Part shown: positions 19,792-29,640 of the stretch, in pieces
How positions within the stretch are numbered: position 1 is the stretch's first letter
How the letters are laid out: each line of letters starts with the position of its first letter
Assembly (NCBI GenBank): GCA_011364965.1
Contig: RDOB01000001.1
Location: 64,001 to 128,000, forward strand
Direction of reading: 5' to 3'
DNA from: Candidatus Heimdallarchaeota archaeon
GTDB taxonomy: Archaea > Asgardarchaeota > Heimdallarchaeia > Hodarchaeales > Hodarchaeaceae
DNA length: 64,000 nucleotides
Position numbers and translations under genes: made by a program
The notes under the pieces: generated by a model
Databases searched by the model: none
What the model was told of the DNA's origin: nothing
Seen by the model: only the letters and a program-made list of their open reading frames with translations

Positions 19792-19906
19792 TGCGGGGGG
19801 TGAGATTTGAACTCACGAACACCTACGTGACTAGGATTTTGACCTATTAGTACTCACCAAACAGGACCTCAACCTAGCTCCTTTGACCTGGCTGGGAAAC
19901 CCCCGC
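19792..19906 (-). tRNA. tRNA-Leu(GAG) with 30-nt canonical intron (37/38; intron 19837-19866)
   Basis: Reverse complement GCGGGGG...CTAGG TTGAGG[intron]T CCTAG...GTTCAAATC...CCCCCGCA; long variable arm; strict BHB (TTGA/TCAA helix, GG|T and AA|T bulges). Confidence 0.93.
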
Positions 19907-20042
19907 ACAGTTATGAATTTCATTTTTATGATTTATTTTCATGTATTTTATACAAAATGCTTTTTCAACCGATTTTATTAATTTTTTTTGTTTCGGAGTT
20001 CTATTTCAACATTTTTTTTGAAAGATATGATTTAGGGAGTAA

Positions 20043-20405
20043 TTATTTTACAACTATCACATATTCTCTTAAAGCTACTTTAAACTCTGATATAGCTTTT
20101 GTTGAGAAAAGTCGCAACATTAAACCACCGGCTGAAAATGAATAAACTTGTTCATCATCTTGATCACGTGTTCTAAAGGAAGTTGCGTTATACACGATTT
20201 TAGCATTGGAATATGTGGAAGATGCTGGTGCCTTTTCACGAGGGAATATATCTATTTCAAACTCCTTAATATCCTCCATTGGTACAACTTTTGATGGTAT
20301 TTCAATTTTTCCACGAATGGCCTTTTCTTCATCTCTAAAATCGATAAGCCAAAGATCATTGTCCGTATCTTCTTCGATTCGCATTCGCTCAGCTTTTATA
20401 TTCAT
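20043..20405 (-). CDS. rpo8: RNA polymerase subunit Rpo8 (RpoG, RPB8 homolog)
   Basis: 120-aa beta-rich protein with FSAGGLMLRL, matching the RPB8 SFGGLLMRL signature. Confidence 0.8.
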   Translation of the reverse strand: MNIKAERMRIEEDTDNDLWLIDFRDEEKAIRGKIEIPSKVVPMEDIKEFEIDIFPREKAPASSTYSNAKIVYNATSFRTRDQDDEQVYSFSAGGLMLRLFSTKAISEFKVALREYVIVVK

Positions 20406-20420
20406 TAAATTGTCCCCGTT

Positions 20421-20879
20421 TTATGTTTCTGGAGCCTGTGTTTTTGCATAACGATCAAATATAGCCCGAACACGATCAGCAACGGGTCCAGAACCTTCAA
20501 CACCAGTTTCAGAGACTTTTACTCTTTCCAAGACCACAATAAGCCCTGCTTCATCATAAACCTTAACATCACCAGGCCGTCGGAAAATTTGTTCAAGTTC
20601 TTCCTTCAAACCAGAAAGATCAAATGGAGCTTCTTCCAAATAAATTTCAGAAACTTGATCTCCATTTATACATATTCTGTGAAGTTCTGTAAGTTCTCCC
20701 TCTCGTTTTGCTTTGACAAGGACACATGTAAGAGTTTCAGGATTAACTCCTTTTAATTCCCCAACATATTTCTTTGCATTTTTTAGAATAACAGCAACCC
20801 GTTTATTTGTAAATGCGGTGATTTCTTTCTGATAACCTCGTTTAGCTGCACCTAGCATACTCAAACCTAATGCCTCCAA
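20421..20879 (-). CDS. Lsm protein with C-terminal domain (SmAP3 type)
   Basis: Sm1 (YVGELKGV) and Sm2 (ICINGDQV) plus extension DEAGLIVVLERVKVSE.GVEGSGPVA. Confidence 0.85.
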   Translation of the reverse strand: MEALGLSMLGAAKRGYQKEITAFTNKRVAVILKNAKKYVGELKGVNPETLTCVLVKAKREGELTELHRICINGDQVSEIYLEEAPFDLSGLKEELEQIFRRPGDVKVYDEAGLIVVLERVKVSETGVEGSGPVADRVRAIFDRYAKTQAPET

Positions 20880-21079
20880 TCTTGAAGATTATCCACTATA
20901 AGCGGTATAGAGTCAAATATTGGCAAGAATACCAAAATAATAAGATCTAATTGCCCAGATATCATAGACTGGGCATATTATAATCAGATTAGACGCCCTT
21001 TGCTTGGTTTAAATTCTTTACCAGAAAAGGTAGGAATTAAGCAGGATTAGCTTAATTCCCCCTATAGCTACATAAGGAG

Positions 21080-21388
21080 CTATCGAGATTCTAATTCACG
21101 TGTTTTTTTATACAATTCCCAATCAATGTTCGTTTTTAGAATCCTCTCAATTTGAACACCTGAATCGACTTTATAGCCAAAAATTAATACCATTTCTTCA
21201 GGAAACGTCTCAATTAGAATATCAGGGGTTAGAGTAAATTTAAATTCCGCAAACTCATCCGAAACAAGAATTGAATCACTGCCAACAGATTTAACCTTAC
21301 CATATAGCTGAAATTTGGTACCAGATGTTAAATTAGCAAGAGAAAGTATTGTAACTTCTCCATAGGGCATAATGGATCTTCTTCTCAC
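21080..21388 (-). CDS. Replication protein A 14-kDa-like subunit (OB fold)
   Basis: RRR...P...I, LYGKV, VSD, VLIFG, and DWELYKKTRELE trimerization-type helix, like Thermococcales RPA14. Confidence 0.7.
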   Translation of the reverse strand: MRRRSIMPYGEVTILSLANLTSGTKFQLYGKVKSVGSDSILVSDEFAEFKFTLTPDILIETFPEEMVLIFGYKVDSGVQIERILKTNIDWELYKKTRELESR

Positions 21389-21633
21389 ATAAAAACCTTC
21401 TCAATATCAATGATAGTATACAATACTGAATTATTTCAAGGTAATGCTCAATTGCAATTCAAAGATTAAGCTTCAATTTAATATTATTAAAATATTAAGC
21501 TTAGCAATTTTTTAAATTTCTCTAACAGTCATTAATCAATAATAGTTTAAAGTTGAAATTATTAATTTTTTCCAATATTATAATCCTCTTACTATCAACC
21601 TCCTTAAAAAATGTGAAGAAAAGAGCTTTTAAT

Positions 21634-21966
21634 ATGCAGTTCTGTGAATGTGGGACTCTATTAGTCCCTAATAGACTGGAAGACGGTACAATTATGATGA
21701 AATGCCCCGCATGCGGAAATACTGTGAATTCCGAATCAAATGCGGAAGCTTTCGAGATTAAACAGGTAATTCGGCACTCTGAAAACGAAAAGATGGTAGT
21801 AGTTGACGAAGAAGTTAATACAATGCCAATTGCTACCGTAAAATGTACTAAATGTGGAAATAATGAAGCTGTTTATTGGCAATTGCAGACTAGAAGCGCC
21901 GATGAAGCATCCACTACGTTTTATAGATGTAAAAAGTGTAAGTTTACATGGCGTGACTACGGATAA
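21634..21966 (+). CDS. tfs: Transcription factor S
   Basis: MQFCECG Zn ribbon; QTRSADE; start ATG 21634. Confidence 0.95.
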   Translation: MQFCECGTLLVPNRLEDGTIMMKCPACGNTVNSESNAEAFEIKQVIRHSENEKMVVVDEEVNTMPIATVKCTKCGNNEAVYWQLQTRSADEASTTFYRCKKCKFTWRDYG

Positions 21967-21980
21967 AGATTAGTATTAGA

Positions 21981-22667
21981 TTACGCTTTTTCTATAACTA
22001 TTATTGCATGCTTTTTTTCAAACGTATCAATTGTAGAAAATTCAAGAATTGATAAAGAAAATTTATCCTCTAATTCTTTCATTTGGTTTGAAAAAACTTC
22101 CTCAGGCTCTAATGACACATCTATACTTTGAGATTTGATAGCTAATACCCCTTTACCCCCCTGTTTCAAAAATTCATTCGCGTTTCTTCCAAAAATAGTC
22201 GCTTGATCCGGCTGCGCAACATCTTGATAAATTAAATCAACAGAAAAGATAAATTTTGAATATTCTTCGGGTTTTCTAGCATCTGCTAGGATAGGTACTA
22301 AATTTGTGCGCTGCTCAGATAATCTAAAAAACTTTCTCATTACTTTGGGGGAGAATTCAATGCCATAAATAAGCCCTTTATCTAAAATATCAGAGAAATG
22401 AGAAGCAGTAGTCCCTGTCGACACCCCTAAATATAATATTTTTTCATCAAAAATTTGTGGAAGTTGTTTCATTCCAGATAAATATGCTGCTGCAAATTTT
22501 GATCTATAAGGATCCCATGTTCGGTATTCTACTCCTTCAACATTAATAAGCTGTTCGCCATAAACAGCTTTTCCAGGAGTCTTATTTTGTGTAACTAAAC
22601 GCGGCTTCTCATCTTTCAATATGTACATTCCTTCGATATATGTTTTTGAAAGCTTCATCATAATCAT
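21981..22667 (-). CDS. flpA: Fibrillarin
   Basis: WDPYRSK, LYLG..TGTT.SH, DVAQPDQ. Confidence 0.96.
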   Translation of the reverse strand: MIMMKLSKTYIEGMYILKDEKPRLVTQNKTPGKAVYGEQLINVEGVEYRTWDPYRSKFAAAYLSGMKQLPQIFDEKILYLGVSTGTTASHFSDILDKGLIYGIEFSPKVMRKFFRLSEQRTNLVPILADARKPEEYSKFIFSVDLIYQDVAQPDQATIFGRNANEFLKQGGKGVLAIKSQSIDVSLEPEEVFSNQMKELEDKFSLSILEFSTIDTFEKKHAIIVIEKA

Positions 22668-23923
22668 CCCTTTTTTTTAAAGTCCTTTGATTTCCCAGAT
22701 TTCTTTCCATAAGGCCTTTTTCGATCTTGTTTTCCTCTCTTTTTAGGCTTTTGTCGCTTTTGTCGCTTTTGCTCAAGTTGGCGCTCAGATGGTTCTGGAA
22801 ATGTAGCTTTAATCTCATTGACTCTTTTTTCTAGGTCTTGAAGGAGAGTAGGACCAATAAATTCTCCACTAAAGAAATCTACACGAGCAGCAATACTAAG
22901 TTTTCCCGCTAAAGCTCGTGCGATCTTTCCTCTTTGATGTTTTTTAGCAGAGTGCAAAAATGGGGACTGAAAAATCACACCATGTTTTGGAGGATCCTCT
23001 CCCGATTTCAAATGCCTGAATAAAGCTTTTTCTGCTCCCAAAACTTGTATTGTTCCGGAAGATGATTTCGCTAGGTTTTCTAAGCTTCCTACTAAAGCTA
23101 TTAACCTAGCACCCAACAAGCTACCTACCAAACACTGAATATTGGGTGCCACCTCTTTCATACTTTCATCTATATATTTTTCCAAACTATCTTTTATCCT
23201 AAGAATTTCGACGCCAAACGTGGCTAGCTCGGATATTGGTTTCATGTCGAAATGAGAAATACTGGCGCCTAGTGAATGTTGTGCAGCTTCTAGTATCAAG
23301 GACCTTCTTTTCTCTGAAATATGGGATAATAAATCCTCTTGTATCTCTTCTCGTGTTTGACCTTTAGTTTTAGCTAAAAGCGTGATATATTGAGAGTTAT
23401 CTCTTACTAAATCCTGAAGCTCAGGAAAATGAATACTATACCATTCTGATAATCTAGCGTATATTAAATTGAGAATTGAATTAACATCATCAATACTATT
23501 GATAGCTTGGGCTATATATATATCTCGTGCTTCAACTTGGTCTCTTAGGAGCGATCTAGTATATTCTAGAGCTTTTAACCGCATAATGGAATCATATTTC
23601 TGAGTAGGATATTTTTTCTCGCAATAATCAAGAATTGTTTTACGAAATGTAGCAAATTCACCCGTATTTGTGAATCTGACATTTTTATAGCCTATTTTCC
23701 TTAGGTAAGTGTTTAATACTTGATTATCAGATACTATCTCCTCGTTGAGGTCTGTAATCAATTCAAGTAACTTTTGATTATTATTTATAAGAAACTGCTC
23801 TAGGTTTTCGTCTTTTATTTCATCTTCCTCAAGAAATGAAATTGAACCAATGATATCAGTTTCGCTATCGTTGTTTACTTCACCAATGAAAAGCTTAGTG
23901 GCTGTTATCAGAATATATTTCAA
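22664..23923 (-). CDS. nop5: C/D box RNP subunit Nop5
   Basis: EWYSIHFPEL, IQVLGAEKALFR, PPKHGVIF, AARVD; K/R tail. Confidence 0.96.
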   Translation of the reverse strand: MKYILITATKLFIGEVNNDSETDIIGSISFLEEDEIKDENLEQFLINNNQKLLELITDLNEEIVSDNQVLNTYLRKIGYKNVRFTNTGEFATFRKTILDYCEKKYPTQKYDSIMRLKALEYTRSLLRDQVEARDIYIAQAINSIDDVNSILNLIYARLSEWYSIHFPELQDLVRDNSQYITLLAKTKGQTREEIQEDLLSHISEKRRSLILEAAQHSLGASISHFDMKPISELATFGVEILRIKDSLEKYIDESMKEVAPNIQCLVGSLLGARLIALVGSLENLAKSSSGTIQVLGAEKALFRHLKSGEDPPKHGVIFQSPFLHSAKKHQRGKIARALAGKLSIAARVDFFSGEFIGPTLLQDLEKRVNEIKATFPEPSERQLEQKRQKRQKPKKRGKQDRKRPYGKKSGKSKDFKKKG

Positions 23924-24049
23924 GTTTTAACACCTTTTTCTGAGGATCAAGCGGAATCTTGTAACCATAAAATTGTTTCTTTTTCACTTTTTATTAAAGA
24001 TAACAAATAAAAAAAAGCTTAAATTCCAAATCATTAAATTGAATTTTTA

Positions 24050-24301
24050 ATGAGTTGTTCAGAAAAGAAAAGAGGATTATTCTTGAGCAAGATTGAAGAT
24101 AACAACGGCATAGAAGGTATGAATTCGCGTCAAAAACCTATTAGTATTAAAATTCCGGATCAAATCCTAATACTTATTGATAATTTTGTACGATTAGAGA
24201 GATATGAGTCGCGATCACATTTCCTTAGAATTGCCATTGAAGAATTGCTGAAACAAGAATTGGGAACGTGGGAAAAGCTCGTGAACCAAATATCAGAATG
24301 A
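24050..24301 (+). CDS. Ribbon-helix-helix (CopG/MetJ) protein
   Basis: ISIKIP...ID..V....YESRSHFLRIAIEELL. Confidence 0.8.
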   Translation: MSCSEKKRGLFLSKIEDNNGIEGMNSRQKPISIKIPDQILILIDNFVRLERYESRSHFLRIAIEELLKQELGTWEKLVNQISE

Positions 24302-24306
24302 TCTAA

Positions 24307-24933
24307 ATGGGATTCTACATGTTTTCGTTTTCTAAGACAGAAAGACAAGATCTACTCCTAGGAACCTTAATTTTCACCTTAGTTGAGTTATCAGTGATTG
24401 TTTATCAGTTTAATATTTTCTCCAATGTAAATATTGAATTCTTTGGATTTTTAGCACTTGTTGGAATCTCATGTATCCCTTTATTCCTATTCCATGAAAT
24501 AGCGCACAAATTGACAGCTCAGGGATATGGTTTATACTCAGAATTCAGATTAAACAAACAGTGGGCGATTTATTCTCTGTTAACAGTTTTAATCCCTTTT
24601 AAAATTATTGCACCAGGCGCAGTAATAACAACTGGAACTTTAGATAGAGATATCAATGCCCGTATCGCGATGGCTGGACCCTTAGTTAATCTACTATTAG
24701 GAGGAGTCTTTTTTATCTTGATATTTATTACAAATAGCGAGTGGAGGTTAATTTTCTTATTTACGAGTAAATTTACATTCGATATTGCCCTCTTCAACCT
24801 CCTTCCCTTTTCAATTTTAGATGGTTCAAAAATAATCATCTGGAATAAATACGTTTATTACCTTCTTATCTTCATTAGTGTTTCAATGTGGCTTTTTCAT
24901 CCATTTGGATTATTTGGGATGGTATTATTGTGA
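24307..24933 (+). CDS. Site-2 protease (M50) membrane metalloprotease
   Basis: HEIAH, AGPLVN, FNLLP..LDG. Confidence 0.92.
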   Translation: MGFYMFSFSKTERQDLLLGTLIFTLVELSVIVYQFNIFSNVNIEFFGFLALVGISCIPLFLFHEIAHKLTAQGYGLYSEFRLNKQWAIYSLLTVLIPFKIIAPGAVITTGTLDRDINARIAMAGPLVNLLLGGVFFILIFITNSEWRLIFLFTSKFTFDIALFNLLPFSILDGSKIIIWNKYVYYLLIFISVSMWLFHPFGLFGMVLL

Positions 24934-25340
24934 TAAATTTAACTGGACGTGAACGGAATGTACTCTTATTTTGTACTTTAATAACCATCGGTGCAATATT
25001 AACCAGTTTTATCCTCAGCTTCGCAGAGATAAAATTTCTCATAATTGGTACGTCCTTAACTGCTGAAATGGCCTTAATTGGATATATTTATGTCATATCT
25101 CCTATGAAATATCAATCCACATCTACAAGGTATTATAATAAAAGAATAATAAATAGAAATTCGACATTTGCTCCTAATATTACACCTCCACCTCCTGTAT
25201 CCAAAAAAACTGTTTTAAAGGGAAAATGTGATCAATGTAGTGAGCTTGTACTAATGGGATTTACCTGCTCTTATTGCCATGGTTATTTTTGCACCTTGCA
25301 TCGTCTGCCTGAAAAACATTCCTGTCCAGCACTCAGATAA
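24930..25340 (+). CDS. Membrane-anchored AN1-type zinc finger protein
   Basis: Two TM helices, PPPP linker, CDQC...FTCSYC...FCTLHRLPEKHSC; GTG start at 24930 overlaps the protease stop. Confidence 0.85.
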   Translation: MINLTGRERNVLLFCTLITIGAILTSFILSFAEIKFLIIGTSLTAEMALIGYIYVISPMKYQSTSTRYYNKRIINRNSTFAPNITPPPPVSKKTVLKGKCDQCSELVLMGFTCSYCHGYFCTLHRLPEKHSCPALR

Positions 25341-26897
25341 TTATTGAGAAAAAAAAGCATGTAGTATCTCTGATATTAACAAGTTTAATATACTGAAGAT
25401 CAGGAAAACATAATAAAGAGATTGAGAGAGAAATGAACCTCCTAATCCTAGGCTACGTATAAATCCGATCAGTAAAATGAATAAATAGACTATCTCAATA
25501 AAAAATATTTTGTCTAAGGGGATTTCTTCGCGAATTTTGATCGATTGGATGGTTTTATTATCCAGTAAATGAAATTTTGGAGTTCGTACGAACTCTCCAC
25601 CTTGAAAAAAAAGACCAGTAATTGTACCGAAACCCATTCTAACAATTAAACCTGCGCCCCAAAATAGGAATAAGGGTATCAATAGTATATGCCATAGTGG
25701 TCTATTAGCTCTTACAATAGTTATCATATAAGTGATTATACCGCAAATTGTGGCTATCGAGAAAAAGATACCAAATACAAATACTGAATCAGCGCGATAT
25801 TGCGAGAAGTACAATAGAAATGAACCAGTTATTGTATTAATAAGGATCATTAAGGGAACCATATATGTAGTTAAATGTAGAATCCCTTGTACTCGTGATT
25901 TATCGTGATTTCCTGATAGAAAAAGCTTTAAGTTCTTAATAATGTTTTGGGAAAAGCCTTTAGACCATCTACTTTGCTGTATTATCCAGCATCGCAACGT
26001 TGGAGGAATCTCTTGACGGTTCGTTGCATCTCTAATGTACAGAATATCGAACCCTAACATTTGTGCCCTATAAGCAAGATCTAAATCTTCTGCTAATGTG
26101 CGTGAAGACCATCCTCCACTTTGTTCTATAACAGATTTTCTCCAGACACCTCCAGTCCCATTGAAATTCATAAAAGCATTTCTTTGTTTCCTGCCAGGTT
26201 TTTCAACAAGGAAATGTTGATCCAAACCAATAGACATTGCTTTTGTAAAGAGTGAAAAGTCCAAATTAGAGTGATCCCAACGTGCATTAACAGCTCCAAT
26301 TCTCTCATTACTCTTGAAATAATGTATGATTTGCTCCAAGAATAGTGGATTTACCTGAAAATCAGCATCAAATATCGCTATAAATTCGGAGGTGATACTT
26401 TTGATTCCATTTTCCAATGCTCCTGCTTTATATCCATCTCGATTTTCACGGTGGATAATTTCAAAATTAAATCCTTTATTTGTCAACTTAGCGACCTCAG
26501 AGGATATAATGCTAGAGGTATGATCAGTAGAATCATCAAGAACTTGAAACTTCAATAAATTTTTCGGATAAAGAAGTTTGGTTATCTCTGTAAGGGTTGA
26601 TTTTATAACTTTGGATTCATTATATACGGGAAGCTGTATAGTAACGCTGGGAAGCTCATTATCCTTGTAATGAGATTTGGCGACTGGATCTACCCAATTT
26701 CTTGACGAAATTGCTAGTAAAAGCATATTTATAGGATATGGAATAAGAATCAATCCAGAAATTATATTTAAGGATAGTAATAGATAGAAAGAACAAATAA
26801 TAATAGTTTCCACTTCATTCCTTCCATTTGAGCATGAATGGTAGCAGATTATCTCGAAGGACTCTTTCTTAAACGAAAGAATTAGGGGATTTTTCAA
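25341..26897 (-). CDS. Processive GT2 glycosyltransferase (cellulose synthase-like)
   Basis: VTIQLPVYNE, VLDDSTD, GYKAGAL, DADF, FNGTGGVWR, EDLDL, QQSRW; C-terminal TMs; start uncertain. Confidence 0.9.
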   Translation of the reverse strand: MKNPLILSFKKESFEIICYHSCSNGRNEVETIIICSFYLLLSLNIISGLILIPYPINMLLLAISSRNWVDPVAKSHYKDNELPSVTIQLPVYNESKVIKSTLTEITKLLYPKNLLKFQVLDDSTDHTSSIISSEVAKLTNKGFNFEIIHRENRDGYKAGALENGIKSITSEFIAIFDADFQVNPLFLEQIIHYFKSNERIGAVNARWDHSNLDFSLFTKAMSIGLDQHFLVEKPGRKQRNAFMNFNGTGGVWRKSVIEQSGGWSSRTLAEDLDLAYRAQMLGFDILYIRDATNRQEIPPTLRCWIIQQSRWSKGFSQNIIKNLKLFLSGNHDKSRVQGILHLTTYMVPLMILINTITGSFLLYFSQYRADSVFVFGIFFSIATICGIITYMITIVRANRPLWHILLIPLFLFWGAGLIVRMGFGTITGLFFQGGEFVRTPKFHLLDNKTIQSIKIREEIPLDKIFFIEIVYLFILLIGFIRSLGLGGSFLSQSLYYVFLIFSILNLLISEILHAFFSQ

Positions 26898-26953
26898 TAT
26901 TTGTTAATACCTTTTTTAAAGATAAAACGCATCCTCTTTTCTAAAAGCAAAAG

Positions 26954-28486
26954 GTGTGGATCATGAACTCAGAGAAAATTACTTCTTTAGATATGGCAAT
27001 TACTGATGTTAATTCAGAATTTTTAGGAATCAATAGACGTCTTTTAATGGAAAACGCGGGTTCAGGACTTGTACATTTAATATTAAAAATAGTTAAAGAA
27101 CAAAAAACCGAAATGAAAGATTTTAATGTTGTAATATTTGCAGGAAAAGGGGGAAATGGAGGAGATGGAATGGTAGTAGCACGTCACATTTCTAGGTATT
27201 ATTCAGTGGCTTTATATTTATTGGGGATCGCCAAAGAAATAGAAAAGCAATCAACTTTAGAGAATTGGAAAATATTAGAAAATATACAAGAATCTGTCTC
27301 TGTTCATCAGATTACTCAAGTAGAACAGGTTAAAAATTTGAATATAAAACCTAATTCCTTGATAATTGACGCTTTACTGGGAACTGGATTAAGGGGTGAA
27401 ATTCGGGAACCTTTAGCTTCGTTAATAAAAGCAATCAATGCATCAAAACGTCAAGGATCTATTGTATTGAGTATTGATACACCTTCTGGGATTGATCCAG
27501 ATTCAGGGAAATCAGCGAAAATTTTTGTGAAAGCAGATTATACAGGAGTTCTCCATAAACAAAAAATTGGATTAAAACCGGAAAACTCAGGGAAAATTCA
27601 TATTATTCCCATTGGAATTCCAAAAGAAGCTGAATTCGTAGTAGGACCAGGTGATTTGAAAGCACTAAAAAATAGATCTAATTGGTCAAAAAAAGGAGAC
27701 AATGGTAAAATTTTGGTAATTGGGGGGAATGAATTATATACTGGGGCTCCAGCATTATCTGGATTAGCAGCGATCTGTGCTGGTGCTGATCTCGTGACTT
27801 TATTTGTTCCTTCAAAGATAAGTGGTGTAATTCGTTCTTATTCTCCAGAATTGATTGTTAAAGAATTTAATGGAAATCATCTTGCACCCGAATTTATTCC
27901 TGAGAAAGAAATTACTGAAAATGACGTAATTGTTATTGGACCTGGCCTAGGCCGACAAGAAACCACGAAACAAGCGATTCATGAGATCCTAAATCTAGAA
28001 GGTATAAATGATCATACAATTATTATTGACGCGGATGCCTTAAAACTAATTAATCTATCTGAAATATCTTCCAACACTATACTCACACCTCATGCGGGAG
28101 AATTTGCATTGATGACGGGAATAAAACTTCCTCAGTCTCAAGATAGTTTTAACCATCGTTTAAAACTATTCTTGGAAATTTCTAAAGAAAATAAAGGAAT
28201 CTGGGTTTTAAAGGGACATTGGGATGTTATAACAAATGGAGTACGATTTAAAATTAATAAATCAGGAACTCCTTGGATGACACGTGGGGGAACAGGAGAC
28301 GTTTTAGCTGGATTGATTGCAGGATTAGTTTCACAATCTATCTCTCCCTTTCATGCATCATGTATAGGAACCTACATTAATGGAAGAGCTGGAGAACTAT
28401 CTGGGGAAAGATTTGGTATTAATGATTTACTAAAAAATATCCCAATTGCCATTAGAGAGAGTTTAGATTTCATTAGGAAGGATTGA
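26954..28486 (+). CDS. nnr: Bifunctional NAD(P)H-hydrate epimerase/dehydratase
   Basis: LMENAG, GNGGDG, DTPSG, GPGLG, DADAL, TPHAGE, GGTGDVLAG. Confidence 0.95.
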   Translation: MWIMNSEKITSLDMAITDVNSEFLGINRRLLMENAGSGLVHLILKIVKEQKTEMKDFNVVIFAGKGGNGGDGMVVARHISRYYSVALYLLGIAKEIEKQSTLENWKILENIQESVSVHQITQVEQVKNLNIKPNSLIIDALLGTGLRGEIREPLASLIKAINASKRQGSIVLSIDTPSGIDPDSGKSAKIFVKADYTGVLHKQKIGLKPENSGKIHIIPIGIPKEAEFVVGPGDLKALKNRSNWSKKGDNGKILVIGGNELYTGAPALSGLAAICAGADLVTLFVPSKISGVIRSYSPELIVKEFNGNHLAPEFIPEKEITENDVIVIGPGLGRQETTKQAIHEILNLEGINDHTIIIDADALKLINLSEISSNTILTPHAGEFALMTGIKLPQSQDSFNHRLKLFLEISKENKGIWVLKGHWDVITNGVRFKINKSGTPWMTRGGTGDVLAGLIAGLVSQSISPFHASCIGTYINGRAGELSGERFGINDLLKNIPIAIRESLDFIRKD

Positions 28487-28503
28487 AATCATATAAAGAC
28501 GGA

Positions 28504-29109
28504 TTAATACTGAATACCAGTTACCTCAAAAGCATCGATCTCTTCCAAGATCGAATAAATTTTCTCAATCGACTGGTAAACGTACTCTTCTTTCTTTGCT
28601 CCAGTGCAAACTAACTTTCCTGATTGAAAAAGTAGTAAAACAACTTTAGGATCCTGCATACGATAGATTAATCCTGGAAATTGCTCTGGTTCGTACATTG
28701 AATGTTCTAAAAGTAGAGCAGCAAGCTCTAAGTTGATTCGTTTTCCCAACGTCCCCGATGCTACAATATTTTGGACGGTAATTGTCGCTTCATGCTTTAC
28801 ATTGTGACCTGCTTGCCTAAGTAATTCAGAAATTACCTCAACTGCTTCCTCAATCATAGGAACTGATTTAGCTCCCGTGACAACTAATTTTCCAGATGAA
28901 AATACTAAAATCGACACTTTAGGCTTTTTAATTTTCACAACTACCCCAGGAAATTGTTCGGGTATATAAGAAACTTGCACATCTCCCGGTAACCTACTTG
29001 CGGCCCTTTCTAATTTTATTTTGCATCTTAGATCAACTGAAGCTACAACATTTTGAACTTCTGCAAATAAATCTTCTCTCTCTGAATCTGTTGACATAAA
29101 TACCACCAC
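28504..29109 (-). CDS. tbp: TATA-box binding protein
   Basis: Two repeats NVVAS/NIVAS, YxPEQFPG, FxSGKLV. Confidence 0.97.
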   Translation of the reverse strand: MVVFMSTDSEREDLFAEVQNVVASVDLRCKIKLERAASRLPGDVQVSYIPEQFPGVVVKIKKPKVSILVFSSGKLVVTGAKSVPMIEEAVEVISELLRQAGHNVKHEATITVQNIVASGTLGKRINLELAALLLEHSMYEPEQFPGLIYRMQDPKVVLLLFQSGKLVCTGAKKEEYVYQSIEKIYSILEEIDAFEVTGIQY

Positions 29110-29211
29110 GGCCTGATCTAGATTTCTTAATAATAATTAAATAATACATGGGAAGTGATTTTGGATTTTGGAACCCAGAAAACTTTAAACTCTCTATATT
29201 TTCCGTGTATT

Positions 29212-29238
29212 TTTATAAGTTTATAAAGTCGTTTATAA
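29212..29238. promoter_or_regulatory. Three tandem TATA-like elements upstream of tbp
   Basis: TTTATAA at 29212, 29220 and 29232. Confidence 0.45.
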
Positions 29239-29640
29239 AGGATTTAAAATCTTTATTAAAAAAATTGCATTAAATGCCTTTTCTCATCATATTTTTCACT
29301 AGAGTCTACTCTTAGAGTAACGACTAAGATATTTTGATAATATTTCTGTAGTGCTATCAAAATATTGCAGGAATAAGAAAACTTATAATTTCAGTTTTTT
29401 AATAAAACTCTGAATTAGCTTTAATGCCTTCTTTCTTATCAAAGAAACTGAAATTCTAAATATTTCTCTATATAATAGGTAAAAATTGCTATTTCGAATT
29501 TTATTGAATTAGATATCTTTAGTAAGAAAGCAAATAGATTATCAAGTTCATTACATATTGAAAAGCTCCAATATACCTCCCATAAATACTTAAAAGCTTT
29601 TTCACAGAATAATTTATGAGTTCTGGAGGGCCGTTTTTCT

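Noticed and set aside
22609-22818. 69-aa ORF and short TTTTGTCGC repeat
   Set aside because: Alternative frame of the nop5/fibrillarin junction; the repeat encodes QKRQKRQK of Nop5
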